Shown in pieces: positions 51,830 to 64,000 of a stretch of 64,000 bases of DNA. The notes under the pieces were generated by a model. That model did no database searches. It had not been told where the DNA came from and saw nothing but the letters and a program-made list of their open reading frames with translations. Within the stretch, counting starts at the first letter, position 1. Each line of letters begins with the position of its first letter. Origin of the DNA: Okamejei kenojei (Eukaryota); the NCBI GenBank assembly GCA_035221665.1, contig CM069139.1, positions 57,474,001 through 57,538,000 of the forward strand, in the 5' to 3' direction. Made by a program: the position numbers and the translations under genes.

Positions 51830-52930
51830 CCCCATTCCCTCCACTGTAGTATTGTTAAAATGCTCCAGTTTGATTAAAAAGTAATCTTCCTCGATTTTAA
51901 CCTGAAGTCTCCTCCAGCACAGAGGCCCCCTGCAGCCAGGTTGATTCACCTAATCTCTGGACACACAATGGCAATAAGACATGCAACATCCCAGCTGCGG
52001 GACTGGAGACCTTTGTGCCAAAGCTAGCTGTGCCTCTAGCCCAGCTTATCTAATATTTTCACAACAGAAGCACCCACCCCAAGATGTGGAAGGTGCCCAT
52101 GTATGCCCTATTCACAAAAGCAGGACCAACCCAATCCTGCCCAATGAACTTTATCTCAATCCTCAGCAAAGTGATAGAAGCGTTGTTAACTGTAACCTCA
52201 AATGATATTTATTCACCAATAACCTGCTTACTAATGTCCAGTTTGGGTTTTGCCATGAACATATCAGCTCCAGACCTCATCACAGCCTTGGTCCAAACAT
52301 GGATCAAAGGCTAATTCCAGAATGTACTGTCCTTGAAATTAAGAGAGTATATACCAAGTGAAGCATCAAAGTATCCTGGTGAACCCAATGGGCATCAACG
52401 GGACGGCAGTCCAATGGTTGTTGTCATACCTTTCACTAAGGAAGATGGTTGTGGGAGGTTATTCACCCAGCCTCAGGATATCCCAGCAGGAGTTTATCAG
52501 CTGTTTCCTAGACTCAACAACCTTCAGCTGCTTCATCAATAATCGTACTTCCATTATAAGGTCAGAAGGGGGGATGTTTGCTGACACCTGCATAACATTC
52601 AGTTCCATTCATAGTCCTTTGCAAACGAAGTTGCCCTTCCGAGCAGCATGACTGGAGCAACCTACGGACATAGAAAGATGTGGCAGGTAACATTCAGACC
52701 AAAAAGGTATCATGATGAACATCACAAAAGAGACATAGTATAGCTACCTATCTATTACACACAATAGCTTTACCATCACCATGTTCCTCACCATCAATAT
52801 CCAAGGGTTCATCATTGACCAGAAAATCAACTGGATTTGTTAAACAATTACCATGGCTAGAGCTGTAGGTCAAAGGCTAGGTTTCCTGCTACAAGTGATT
52901 CACCTCCTGACATGCCAATAATTTTCTACC
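51830..52930 (+). mobile_element. Old CR1/L2-type LINE reverse transcriptase remnant
   Basis: Fragmentary motifs: VCPIHK, SILSKV, APDLITALVQTW, FSCFINN, MFADTC (FADD-like). Confidence 0.7.
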
Positions 52931-53699
52931 AATCTTGGTGTGGAAGGGCTCAGTACCTACGAGGGTAAGCAAAGAAGTTGAAGTAAGAAAGGAAGAAAGA
53001 GGGAAGGAAGGAATGAAGAAGAGAAAGAGAACGTGGGGTGCCTCCCTGCTAGCTGTGTTCTCCCATCACAGGTTCGAGGAAGACTTGAGTCACTGGGATA
53101 AATCCAAGACCACCAGTGTCACCTTGTGGTAAAGACTGAGTTGCCAGGAAGCAGCAGTAGACAGCCAGTGTCCCTGAATGGCTGGAATACGCCTGAGATG
53201 CCTGTGTCTCTTCCTGTCCACATACAATGAGGTACTGTGCACACACACAGAGGCCAAGACTGAACCGCCAGGATGATCCTGTAACCGCCAGTGTCACCCC
53301 TTCAAGCCCCAAAGCTGAGCCACCGGGATAAGTCTTAGCTTGCCAGCGCCTTCTCTTGGGGCAAGGGTGAGCTACAGGGAGAAGCCTGAGGTCGCCAGGA
53401 CTCCTACTTGGAAACCAGGACTGGGCTGTGGGACAACTCCGAGATCTCTAGCCTCCCTGCACATGTGCTCTGACGGTGACGGACAAAACCCCCATACGGT
53501 CCTGAGCTTCCTTACCACTGTAAATAAAATATATCACAAGTTCACCCTACTGCGAGTGTTGGTGTGATCACTGCCAAACCCAGTGTCATCCCTGACGTCA
53601 CACTATTTAATAAAAGTAAACATGTGCGAGTGGACCAATTGCACACAACACGTTTTCTTAGGGGTGGTATGGTAGGTTGAAGTGCAGTATATAAAAGAT

Positions 53700-54445
53700 G
53701 GTGAAACCCAATGAGAAGCAAGCAATAATATCTTCACTGTCAGCGTCTAGGAGATGTTTGACTCCAAATTAAAGAACTGGAAAAGGAAACTCTGGAAAGT
53801 AGCCCCTGAAGGAGGCATAAGATAGTTGAAATATTAAGGCAGTCTTGGACCAAAAGAGTAAAAAGTGGAATCAATATAGGTTGAGATAACAATGACAAAA
53901 GCATGAGTTTATGGGCTCCCAAGTGACAACTGCATGATCACCGGAGAAGTGTTAATGAAGAGATGAGAAGAACCTGCAGCAAAGTTAATATATAATTGTG
54001 GGGATTTAATTGTTATATAGACTGAGCTAATCAATTTGGCAAAAGTAATTTGGAGAATGAGTTAATAGAATGCACACAGGTCAGTTTCCTGGAACTGTAC
54101 ATCACAGAATCAATCAGGGAACAGATTATTTTAGTTCTCGATGTGCTTAGGAAGACAGGGTTAATTAGTGACCTTGTAAGCAATCCTGTAAGGAAAAGTG
54201 ATCATAATAACATTTTTATTCTGTTGGAGTGGGACTCAGTTCGGAAGTCTTGAACTTCAAATAAAGTAAATGTTGTCATGAGAGAGTTAGATTTAGCTCT
54301 CAGGGCTAAAGGAATCAAGGGATATGGGGAGAAGGCAGGAACGGGGTACTGATTGTGGATGATCAGCCATGATCATATTGAATGGCAGTGCTGGCTCGAA
54401 AGGCCGAATGGCCTACTCCTGCACCCATTTTTCTATGTTTCTATG
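53700..54445 (+). mobile_element. Degraded CR1 endonuclease region followed by a CR1 3' end
   Basis: ataattgtggggatttaat (xxGDFN-like), REQIILVLDVL and KSDHN motifs; CR1 3' UTR at 54280-54445. Confidence 0.55.
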
Positions 54446-54845
54446 TTGAGAGAAGATCCATCATGGGGGCAAACCCTCAGAATGTCTCCAACCCTGATGG
54501 TGCATCTAGCTGCATTCTTAAAATCAGCCCAGGCCAACTGGTTGGAGTTTCTGCAGGCATCTTCAACCTCCATTACTACAGTCTGAGGTTCCGACCTCCT
54601 TTAAATGGATATCAATAATATGAAGAGTAACATGGCATGCCTCCGTGACGACCGGCCGATGGCACTAAACAATGTGGTGATGGAGCGCGTTGAAGTCCTC
54701 CAAACATACACTGGCGCCAACCCCCTCTTATTCTGCTACATTGATGACTGCATCGGGGCTGACTCCTGCACCCGTGCAGAACCCACTGATTTAATTAATT
54801 TTACCACTAACTTCCACCCTGCCCTCAAATTCATTTGGACACCTC

Positions 54846-55250
54846 ATAGAAACATAGAGAAACGTAGAACATAGGTGCAGGAGTAGGCCATTCGAGCCTG
54901 CACCGCCATTCAATATGATCATGGCTGATCATCCCACTTAATATCCTTTACCTGCCTTCTCTCCATACCCCCTGAACCCTTTAGCCACAAGGGCCACATC
55001 TAACTCCCTCTTAAATACAGCCAATGAACTGGCCTCAACTACCTTCTGTGGCAGAGAATTCCAGAGATTCACCACTCTCTGTGTGAAAAATGTTTTTCTC
55101 ATCTCGGTCCTAGAAGATTTCCCCCTTATCTTTAAACTGTGACCCCTTGTCCTGGACTTCCCCAACATCGGGTACAATCTTCCTGCATCTAGCCTGTCCA
55201 ACCCCTTAAGAAGTTTCTATAAGATCCCCCCTCAATCTTCTAAATTCTAG
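54846..55250 (-). mobile_element. CR1 LINE 3' end inserted in the Penelope element
   Basis: ORF 54938..55201 reads SRTRGHSLKIRG...FFTQRVVNLWNSLP; (catagaaa)n tail. Confidence 0.9.
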
Positions 55251-55639
55251 AAGATTGCTAAAATTCTAAAACCTCGCTCCCCTATCTTGATCTCTATGTC
55301 TCCATGACGGACCAACCAACTCCCACAGGTGTATGGATTACATCTCCTTTCACCCTGCTTGTTGCAAAGATTCTATTCCCGGCTCTCAATTTCCATGTCT
55401 CCACCACCGCTGCTCCTAAGATGAGGCTTTCCATTTTAGGACATCCGAGGTGTCTTTCGTTAGAAAATGTGGATTTCTGACCTGCAGACATAGATGGTCT
55501 GCCTCACCTATGTTTCCTCTGTGAGCTATAGTTCTGTTCTCGTCCTCCTCCTCCCAGATGGAACAAAGACAAACTTCCACTGATCCTCAGCTTTCACCTC
55601 ACCTGCCTTGCATCCAACACATAGTTCTACCACATATTC

Positions 55640-56425
55640 CGGAAGTGGCGGCACTGCCAAGCAGCTGCGGCTCGCCTGCAATCCGTATGTCTTTTCCTTT
55701 TTTTTTTGTTTTCTTTTGTCTTGTTGGACGTATGTTTTAGTTTATTTTTAGTTGTGTATGTGTGGGGGGTGGGGGGAACTTGTTTTAGTCTCTTCCTTCG
55801 GGGGGATGCGACCCTTTCTTTGTTGTATCCTCATCTCCGTCTCCCTGCGCTGAGGTTTAATCGCGGAGCTGGCGGCCTCCAACTGGGACCGACCACGAGG
55901 CTTCGGAGGCAGGACCAGGACTCGCCATCGTGAAGCTGGCCGACTTCGGGACCGTGTTGGCGCTGCGGCGGCGGCCCGACTTTGGAGGCTTCGGCTGTGG
56001 GCCCAGTGGATGACAACATCGGGAGCTCACAGGGAGCTCGCAGGTCCCAGGTTGGTGACCGATTCTACGGAGCTCCCGCAACAACAGCTTTGTCCGCTGG
56101 ACTGGAGGGTGGCAGCTTCATCAGCCCCAGGCCGCGGAGTTTGAACCGGCCCGTTCGCGGAGCTCGGATTCGGCTGTGGGACTTATCATCACTCGGCGGG
56201 GGGCCCCAACATCGAAAGCCTGGATCGCCTCAATGCAGAGGAAGAACAAGGAAGGAAGAGATAAGGACTTTAAGACTTTTGCCTTCCATCACAGTGAGGT
56301 GGCGGATGTTAAACTGTGTTTATTGTGTGTTCTGTTATTTTATTTCTGTCATGACTGCAAGGTATGCAATTTCGTTCAAACTAAAAGTTTGAATGACAAT
56401 AAAGGAAACTTTACTTTAATTTACA
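55640..56425 (+). mobile_element. GC/CpG-rich non-autonomous retroelement inserted in the Penelope element
   Basis: Starts ggaagtggcggcactgcc and ends gaatgacaataaagg plus a short repeat tail (Rex1-type 3' end). A partial copy is at about 6850-6930. Confidence 0.55.
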
Positions 56426-56864
56426 TCTATAGTGATCCCCCCCCCCCCCCACCAGTTATAGCTTCCCATCCACACCCCTTTCTATTTTGCACAGAGACTA
56501 TTCATTCTGCAACATTTTGGTTAATTCATCCCTTCCCACTCAAAACACCCCCTCCCAGGTACATTCCTTTCAATTGCATGAGATGTAACACCAGTCCCTA
56601 CAACCTCCTCGCTCAGATCCATCCAGGGACCCCAGCAGTCCTTCCAGAGGTTTATGTGCACCTCCTCTAATCTCATCAACTGCATCCAGTGTTCCCAATG
56701 TGACCGCCTTTACATCGCGAGACCAAGCATAGACTCAACAACCATTTCGCTGACCACTTTTGCATTGTCCACCAAGTCCTACTGGATCTCCAAGCTGCTA
56801 ACCATTTTAACTCCTCTTCCAATCCCCATATTGACCTTGTCGTCCTGGGCCACCTTCGTTGCCA

Positions 56865-58390
56865 AAATCTCCAGGAGTTGACAATGTTTCCCTCTCTACT
56901 CTTAAGCTCTGTGTCAAACAGCTGGCACCGGTCTATACAGACATTTTTAACCAGTCCCTGCAAACATGTACTGTCCCTGCCTGCTTCAAAGTCTCCACTA
57001 TTGTTTCTATACCCAAAAAGGCAAGGATTACTTGTCTTAATGACTACAGGCCTGTCGCACTGACCTCTGTCGTCATGAAGACACTCGAAAGGCTTGTGCT
57101 GGCCAAGCTGAAAAATATCACAACCCCCCTGCTGGATCCTCTGCAGTTTGCATATCGGGCCCATAGATCTGTGGATGATGCAATCAACCTGGGCCTGCAC
57201 TTCATTCTACAGCACCTAGACCGCCAGGGGACCTATGCGAGGATCCTGTTTGTTGATTTTAGCTCTGCATTCAACACCATTGTTCCAGAGCTACTACACT
57301 CCAAACTTTCTGAGTTAACTGTGCCTGAACCCCTCTGTTGGTGGATCACCAGCTTCTTGACAGACAGGAAGCAGCATGTGAGGCTGGGAAAGCACATCTC
57401 GGACCCGCAAACGCACAGCATAGGAGCACCGCAAGACTCTGTACTCTCTCCTCTCCTCTACTCTCTCTACACCAATGACTTCACCTCCACAGACACCTCT
57501 GTCAAGCCTCTCAAGTTTGCGAACAACACAACCCTGATTGGACTGATCCAGGATTGGGAGGAATCTGCCTACAGACAGGAAGTGTCACAGCTGGCGTCCT
57601 GGTGCCATCGTAACAACCTAGAGCTCAATGCTCTTAAGAAAGTGGAATTGGTTATAGACTTTAGGAGAGCTCCCCCTCCCCTCACCCCACTCACCATCAA
57701 CAACACCACAGTCACATCTATGGAGTCTTTTAAGTTCCTGGGAACCATCATCTCCAAGGACCTTAAGTGGGGGGGTACCATCGACTCCACAGTCAAAAAG
57801 GATGTACTTCCTATGGCAACTGAGGAAGCACAATCTGCCACAGGCAATGATGGTCCAATTCTACACGGCCATCATAGAGTCTGTTCTCACCTTCTCCATC
57901 ATGGTCTGGTTTGGCTCAGCCACCAAATACGACACCTGGAGGCTGCAGCGAATCGTCCGATCAGCAGAGAAGGTTATTGGCTGCAACCTTCCCTCCATTG
58001 ATGAACTATACACTGCAAGGGCCAGGATGCGAGCGGGCAAGATCATCTCTGACCCCTCTCACCCTGGCCACAAACTCTTTGAATCACTTCCCTTTGGAAG
58101 GCGATTCCGGATTGTCAAAGCTGCCACAGCCAGACATAAAAACAGTTTTTATCCACGAACAGTTGCTCTACTCAACAGCCAAAAATCTGTAGCCTCCCTT
58201 TGATCTGGTATTTTGTTGGTTCACATGCTTGATCAATGGTGTTTTATCATTAATGTTTTATTATTATTAATGTTTAGTGTTGTCTGAGTCATTTGTAACT
58301 GTCACTGTATGTCATGATGTTACTTGTGGGCGGAGCACCAAGGCAAATTCCGCGTCTGTGAATACTTGACCAATAAACTTACTTACTTAC
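56865..58390 (+). mobile_element. Rex1/Babar-clade LINE, 5' truncated (RT domain, C-terminus, 3' UTR)
   Basis: 380-aa ORF with [34 protein letters not shown] and [17 protein letters not shown]. The catalytic FADD reads FANN. Frameshift near 57800; caataaa(ctta)n tail. Confidence 0.93.
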
Positions 58391-58790
58391 ACGCAAACTG
58401 GAGGAACAGCACCTTATATTCCTCCTGGGTAGCTGGTCAACAGTTTGAACACTGAATTCTTCAATTTTAGGCCATTTATTAAAACACCTCCCCCTCTTTT
58501 CTCCCTCTCTCTTCCCTGTTCTCTTGACTTGCACCCATTTCTCCCCTCCCCCTCCACCTACATTCCTGTCTCTGGCTTCACAATTCTAAATTCTTATATC
58601 CTTATCTCACACCTTTAGTCTCTTCAGCTCTGGCCTTTCCAAAACACCCTCACCTGCCCCTCATCCCTTGCAGCTAGCTTCCCCCCACCCCTTCCCCACC
58701 ACAATCAGCCTGAAGAAGAATTCCAACCCGAAATACCGGCCATCCATGTTCTCCAAAGACGCTGCCTGACCAACTAAGTTACTCCACTTC
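58390..58790 (+). mobile_element. 3' remainder of the Penelope element
   Basis: RKLEEQHLIFLLGS, pyrimidine-rich UTR and ctgaagaa...cccgaaa tail. Confidence 0.8.
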
Positions 58791-58869
58791 TGACTTTTTA
58801 AGTGTTTTGAGATTTTGGTTCTGATGCATAATAACATCTACCTTAGTAAGCATCGGGACCCACCATAAT

Positions 58870-59075
58870 TCAGCCACTGCAATGATAGATCAACAGGGGA
58901 TGCGATCTCACTGGCTCTCCACTCTGCACTGGGCCACTTGGATAATAGGAACGAGTACGCCAAGTTGTCATTCATGGACTATAGCCTAGCGTTCAATACC
59001 ATGATCCACTTCGAACATGGTATCAACTTCAGGCAGTTGGGTCTTTGCTCATTCATATGTAACTGGATCCTGATG
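58870..59075 (+). mobile_element. Old Rex1-like RT fragment
   Basis: DAISLALHSALGHLDNRNEYAKLSFMDYSLAFNTMI. Confidence 0.7.
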
Positions 59076-59454
59076 TGTGTGTGGTTGGTGTCTCCAGATA
59101 CTAGGGAAGAAGGAGACAATGCAACACAGATTCACTGGACTGATTGCTGGGATTAATGGCAGTGCGTCATCGTGGTTGCCTGGCTGGAAGGAAGCTGTCT
59201 GAGTTGCCTCCTCATTACTCTTGCCTGCAGCTGCTTTCCTCATAGATGATGAAAAAGTTTTACAATGCAGCAGTACACCAAGTTCCTCCTCCGGTCCAAT
59301 TGTTTAAGCTTTCCAGTGGTTCTTGCCCAATCAAAAGTTTATTTGACAATGTAACAACTCGCAGACCCCACACCTCCCCCGAGGTGGAGACGGGAGACGA
59401 AGGTAAGGAGGTTCAAGCATGTGCAGAAATTGTTTGCACAATTGTGTGAGCAGA

Positions 59455-59459
<5 letters not shown>

Positions 59460-59515
<56 letters not shown>
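59460..59515. repeat. (TC)n microsatellite
   Basis: Directly visible. Confidence 0.95.
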
Positions 59516-59518
<3 letters not shown>

Positions 59519-60924
59519 ATACACACATCATTCATTCCTGTGGGAGTGTCTGTTAATGCTTCATAAGACAACTATTGTAGTTCCTGGCATACTAGTTACT
59601 GCAGAATATAGCAACTTTTAATAAATTCTTCAACCAACCAAAACTAGGGCAGCCAAAGAGGCCAATCATCATCTAACCTAGAAATAATTGGTAATACCTT
59701 TAAGTAGTACTGCCTTGGGAGCAGCATGTCCCTCTTTTTTCTAAATGTGTGTTCAGAAAAAAGAGGTTAGTATATGGCATGAACTGGCTGGGTTGGGATC
59801 GAATCAGTCTATTTTGCAAACTTTTAGTCTGAACTTGTGCTCTTTCCAAAATAGTTACTAGTCCCATGGACACTTCAAGTAAGCATCATGCATAGATTGA
59901 CAGAATAGTACAATCTCATAATTCCCAGTGTAGAAACAGCTGATTTTTTTACCCATTGATGGAAAAAATGGTTTTCTGTGTATATATTGGCTATTTAACA
60001 AATCTGACAGCATTTGCACAAAGTAGTTTCCACTTAGTTTTCAATGTTTCTTTTGTTTAGAAATAAATTAGTGATTTTGACAGTAATAAGTAAAAAAGAT
60101 TTTAATATTATGTACATTACAAACTTATTTTATTCCATCACCTTTGTATTTTGAAATAACACATTTTCAGATTGGAATATGAAAAATGTTTACATTCACA
60201 TTGCAAATTCCTGACGGGCATTAAAAAACAACTAAATTTAAGGTATTCCTTAAATTTAGTTCCTTAATAATATTCCTATGATCTATGCTTTCAAAAAGGC
60301 TTCAGAGCACATGAAATCATACTCATGAACCTTCTTATTGTTACAGTCGATTTTGGACTTGCAGTTTTTGTAATTTGCGCAGTCAAGATTAATGAATAAA
60401 TTTATTATTAATTGAAAACATTCAATTAAATGAAATGTTATTAGGTCATTAAATTGTATTGCCTTGCTATGTGCTGCCTTCATGCCTTTGCAGAAAGAAA
60501 CGTAGTTTAAAAAAAGGAACTAAACTGTTGGTAGCAGAGCTTTAGTACTAAAATATAGATTGAAGGGCATAAAAGTATTATATGGCTTCAGTATTTCATG
60601 TTTATGTGTGTCCAAGATCACAATTTTCATTTTGGTTGCAGAATTTCAACTAGACCCGTTGTGCTTTGGTATTCTGGTAATCAAGAGGCATAAATTCAGA
60701 AGTAATACCATAAGAAGTAAAAAGAAAGACTTTCATTTACAAAGCATCATCATATTCTTTTCAGAATGATTCAAAACTCCTTCCAGTCAATTAACTACTT
60801 CCTGATGATTAATTCCTATCTTGCTTTAGGAAAGGCAGAAGTCAATTTGCACGCAGCACTTTACCACAAATAGCAATGGTATAATTCCTAAATAATCTCT
60901 TTTATTAATGGTAGTTGGAAGATA

Positions 60925-62640
60925 AATATATGCTTCACGAACTATCACGGACACTGAAACCAGATATGCTAAATTGAAAAAGAGCTGTTGGCAGTGGTTT
61001 TTGCGTGTACTAAATTCAATGATTACATCTATGGCAATCCAGTGACCATAGAAATGGACCTCCAACCACTGGTCATTATACTGAATAAACCCATACATGT
61101 AGCACCAGCAAGACTTCAAAGGACTTCAAAAGTACAGCATTACCCTCATTTACAAATGTGGAAAACAATGTACCTGGTGGACATTCTGTCTCGAGCTCCC
61201 ACGAGATCCACAGCCCAGCATGCTGCTGAGGAAGACAGCTTTGATGTCATGGTCAATCATATTTCCTCTTCTCGCTTAGAGGAACTGGTGTTACACACAG
61301 TCGATGACGCAACTTTGCAGACACTTACCACTATCATCAACCATGGATGGCCCAGCAAACAATGCATGCTTCTGCATGTTATTCACCCTTATTTTCCTTT
61401 CAGAGATGGATTAACCATTGAAGATGGGGTCATAATGAAGGGCCACAAAGCAGTTATTCCTTTCGCACTACAAAAGTGGTACGTCAGCATCATGCACAAA
61501 GGGCATCCTGGGGCAGAAGCTATGATAAGAAGAGGAAGGGGCATAGTTGTCAGGCCTACAATGAACAGATGATATCAACCAGGAGGTACACTCATGCACT
61601 GTGTGTAACAGTACAAAGTCACACCAGAGAGAACCACTTCTGCTGCATCCAGTTCCAGAACTGCCTTGATCCATGATGGCAACAGACATCTATGAATGGC
61701 ACAATCAACAATACATGGTGCTAATGGATTCATATTCCGGCTGGTATGAGATTGACTTGCTTCGTAATACTACTTCAGCAGCTGCCATTTTAAAACTAAA
61801 GAGACATTTTTCAGTTCATGGGGCACCACATACCCACTTATCAGAAAATGCTGGACAGTTCACAACAAAACAGCGCTTTAAAGACTTCGCTACACAGTGG
61901 GACTTCACTCATGTTACCAGCAGCCCAGAGTATCCCTAATCTAATGGGTTAGCTGAACGAGCAGTCCGTAGTTGCTAAACAACTCATGGAGAAATCTTAC
62001 AGAGACAGATCAGATGTTTTCTTAAATCTCCTCAATCTTAGAAATGTGCCACGTAACACAACGCTTGGATCTCCAGCACAAAGACTAAGTCAAGGCAAAC
62101 ACGTACTGCCCTCCCAGTCTCGAGGAAACTGCTCAAACCACATACAGTGGCTTGCAAAAGTTTTCATACCTCTTGAACTTTTCCACATTTTGTCACATTA
62201 CAACCACAAACGTAAATGTATTTTATTGGGATTTTATGTGATAGACCAACACAAAGTGGCGCATAATTGTGAAGTGGAAGGAAAATTATACATGGTTTTC
62301 AAATTTTTTTACAAATAAAAAACTGAAAGGTGTGGCGTGCAAGGGGTATGAATACTTTTGCAAGCCACTGTATGCGTAAGACTCAGGAGGTTCACACCCA
62401 GCTTCTCAACAAAAGGCTGTCACAGAAAGCTTGTTATGATCAATCAAGTCGACCACTCCAGCCTTTGATGGAAGAACAGGTTGTCCGGTTACAGACCCCA
62501 CAGGGTTACAACTGAACGGGCATGGTATAGGAGATACGCCGGGAGTGCAGGTCTTACGTTATTCACTCAGAAGGAAAGCTATACAGGAGGAATTGCAGAC
62601 ACATTCTGCCTGTCGGCGAGTCTGCCCAGGCACAGCAAAA
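60925..62640 (+). mobile_element. Gypsy/Ty3 LTR-retrotransposon pol remnant (RNase H, then integrase)
   Basis: YASRTITDTETRYAK..ELLAVVFACTKFNDYIYG, HKGHPG...CTVC zinc finger, ATDIYEW, SENAGQF, PEYP*SNGLAERAV. Several stops and frameshifts; no LTRs identified. Confidence 0.9.
62145..62370. mobile_element. 226-bp Tc1-family non-autonomous element inserted in the Gypsy integrase
   Basis: TA|CAGTGGCTTGCAAAAG...CTTTTGCAAGCCACTG|TA, with TIRs of about 31 bp and a TA duplication. Confidence 0.92.
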
Positions 62641-62689
62641 TCAATGCGACGTTACCACTGATTACCAGGACACTAGAATGGGATCAGAA

Positions 62690-62895
62690 GATGAGAATGC
62701 ATTCTTTCTGGAGAAAAGGAACAGGTGATGTTTTGGGTTGGAACCCTTCTTCAGACTATCTGAGAAGGGCAGTCTGATGAAGGGTTCTGACCTGAAACAT
62801 CACCTATTGCTTTTTTTCAGAGATGCTGCCTGACCACTGAGTTAATCCAGCCTTTTGTGTCTACGGTACAAACCAGCATCTGCATTTGCTTCCTA
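62690..62895. repeat. Palindromic Penelope-tail element
   Basis: acccttcttcagac ... gtctgatgaagggttctgacctgaaacatc inverted pair. Confidence 0.75.
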
Positions 62896-62979
62896 CATGG
62901 GCACTACCTCTGACAGTGCACCCTACCCATTATTGCACTGAAGAGTATGGCCAGATGCTTGTGGACAAAAGAGACAAGA

Positions 62980-63310
62980 TAGAGTTGACATGGAAAGGAT
63001 GTTTCCAGTAATAAGAGAGTCTAGGACCAGAGGATATCTCAGAATAAAAGGACGCATCTTCAAAATGGAGATGAGGTGGATTTTTTTTAACCAGGGAGTG
63101 GTAAATCTGTGGAATTCATTGCCACAGATGACTGTGGGAGCCAAGACTGAGTATTTGTAAGGCAGAGATATTTAGGTTCTTGATTAGGAAGGCGTCAAAG
63201 GTTAAAGGGAGAAGGCAGGAAAATGAGGTTGAGAGGGAAAAAGATCAGCCATGATTGAATACTTGAGTAGACTCAATGGGCTGAATGGCATAATTCTGTT
63301 CTTATGTCTT
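62980..63310 (+). mobile_element. CR1 LINE 3' end
   Basis: gagagtctaggaccagagg...gtggtaaatctgtggaattcattgccacag; same family as 14068-14445. Confidence 0.85.
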
Positions 63311-63689
63311 ATAGACTCCAGATGCTGGAATCTGGAGCAACAAAAGATTTGCTGGAGAAACTCAGCGGGTCGAGCAGCATCTGTCGACGGAAAGGAATGG
63401 TTGCGTTTTTGGTGAAAACCCTGTACTGAAGAGGGAAGATAACTAGTGTAAATAAGCGAGAGACAGGGATGGAGGATGTCAGACATATGATGCCAGGTAG
63501 GGGAGATGGAGGGATGGAGTTGGGGGGTAGTGGCTGGCAGATGATTGATGGAGTCAGATAGAGGAGGAAAAAAAATGTGATGAAAAAAATAAGACAGATG
63601 GAGCCAGGTTAGGAGAGGAGGGTGAAGGTGAAGACAGCTGCTGGAAGATGGTAAGGGGCTGGTTACAGCGGTAGAGTTGCTGCCTTATC

Positions 63690-64000
63690 TCCCATATGTG
63701 ATAAATGTCAACATTTAGAAGCTAATCTGTCACATTCATTTACAAACTGTATAAAAATTACAAAATTCTAGATAGAAATATTTAGGATAATTTCGGATGT
63801 TGTTAATATAATTTTGACCCCTGATTCAAAGTTAATAATACTAGGAATACTGGAAACAGATCAATTAATAACAATGAATCAAAGAATCTTTATTGATTAC
63901 GGTTTAATAATTGGGAAAAAATTAATATTAAAATTTTGGAAAGGCCCTACATCCCCCACAATCAAAATGTGGAATACAGAAATGTCGGAGACACTTCATC
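63690..64000 (+). mobile_element. L1/Tx1-like ORF2 C-terminal fragment
   Basis: ICDKCQHLEANLSHSFTNCIKITKF* (CCHC-like), then DPDSKLIILG and KLILKFWK. Confidence 0.65.

Larger units (their letters stand above)
54700..56860 (+). mobile_element. Penelope-like element (RT plus GIY-YIG endonuclease), decayed and interrupted
   Basis: FCYIDDCIG...NFHPALKFIWT (PLE RT), PYLDL at about 55280, and CTSSNLINCIQCSQCDRLYI (GIY-YIG region) at 56654. Resumes after the Rex1 insertion at 58390 with RKLEEQHLIF. Confidence 0.85.

Noticed and set aside
60988-62318. Domesticated Gypsy-derived host gene
   Set aside because: Multiple stops, frameshifts and a Tc1 insertion show decay.

Overview
Vertebrate genomic DNA. 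The repeat landscape (HE1/V-SINE-like tRNA SINEs, abundant Penelope-derived palindromic elements, CR1, Rex1) suggests a cartilaginous fish, probably a skate or ray; this is inference. The only host protein-coding gene is Meis2, a TALE homeobox gene on the minus strand. Coding exons 1-7 (ATG at 32718 down to the exon 7 donor at 17982) can be spliced by hand with GT-AG boundaries and consistent phases. The homeodomain exons were not found and presumably lie left of position 1. The 5' end of the gene sits in a long transposon-poor block (about 18.9-41.3 kb) and a CpG-rich block (about 28-43.5 kb) with many candidate conserved non-coding elements and PBX/MEIS motifs. The flanks hold decayed mobile elements: an IR/DR Tc1 element, a Harbinger-like MITE, a Tc1 MITE inside a Gypsy pol remnant, a nested Penelope/CR1/SINE/Rex1 stack, and many Penelope tails with a hammerhead-ribozyme-like core. 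There is one 348-nt assembly gap. I found no convincing new multi-gene system. The best leads are the hammerhead-like repeat family, a candidate uORF next to a PBX-MEIS site upstream of the Meis2 ATG, and Meis1-like residues in this Meis2. TE coordinates are approximate unless TIRs or TSDs are quoted.
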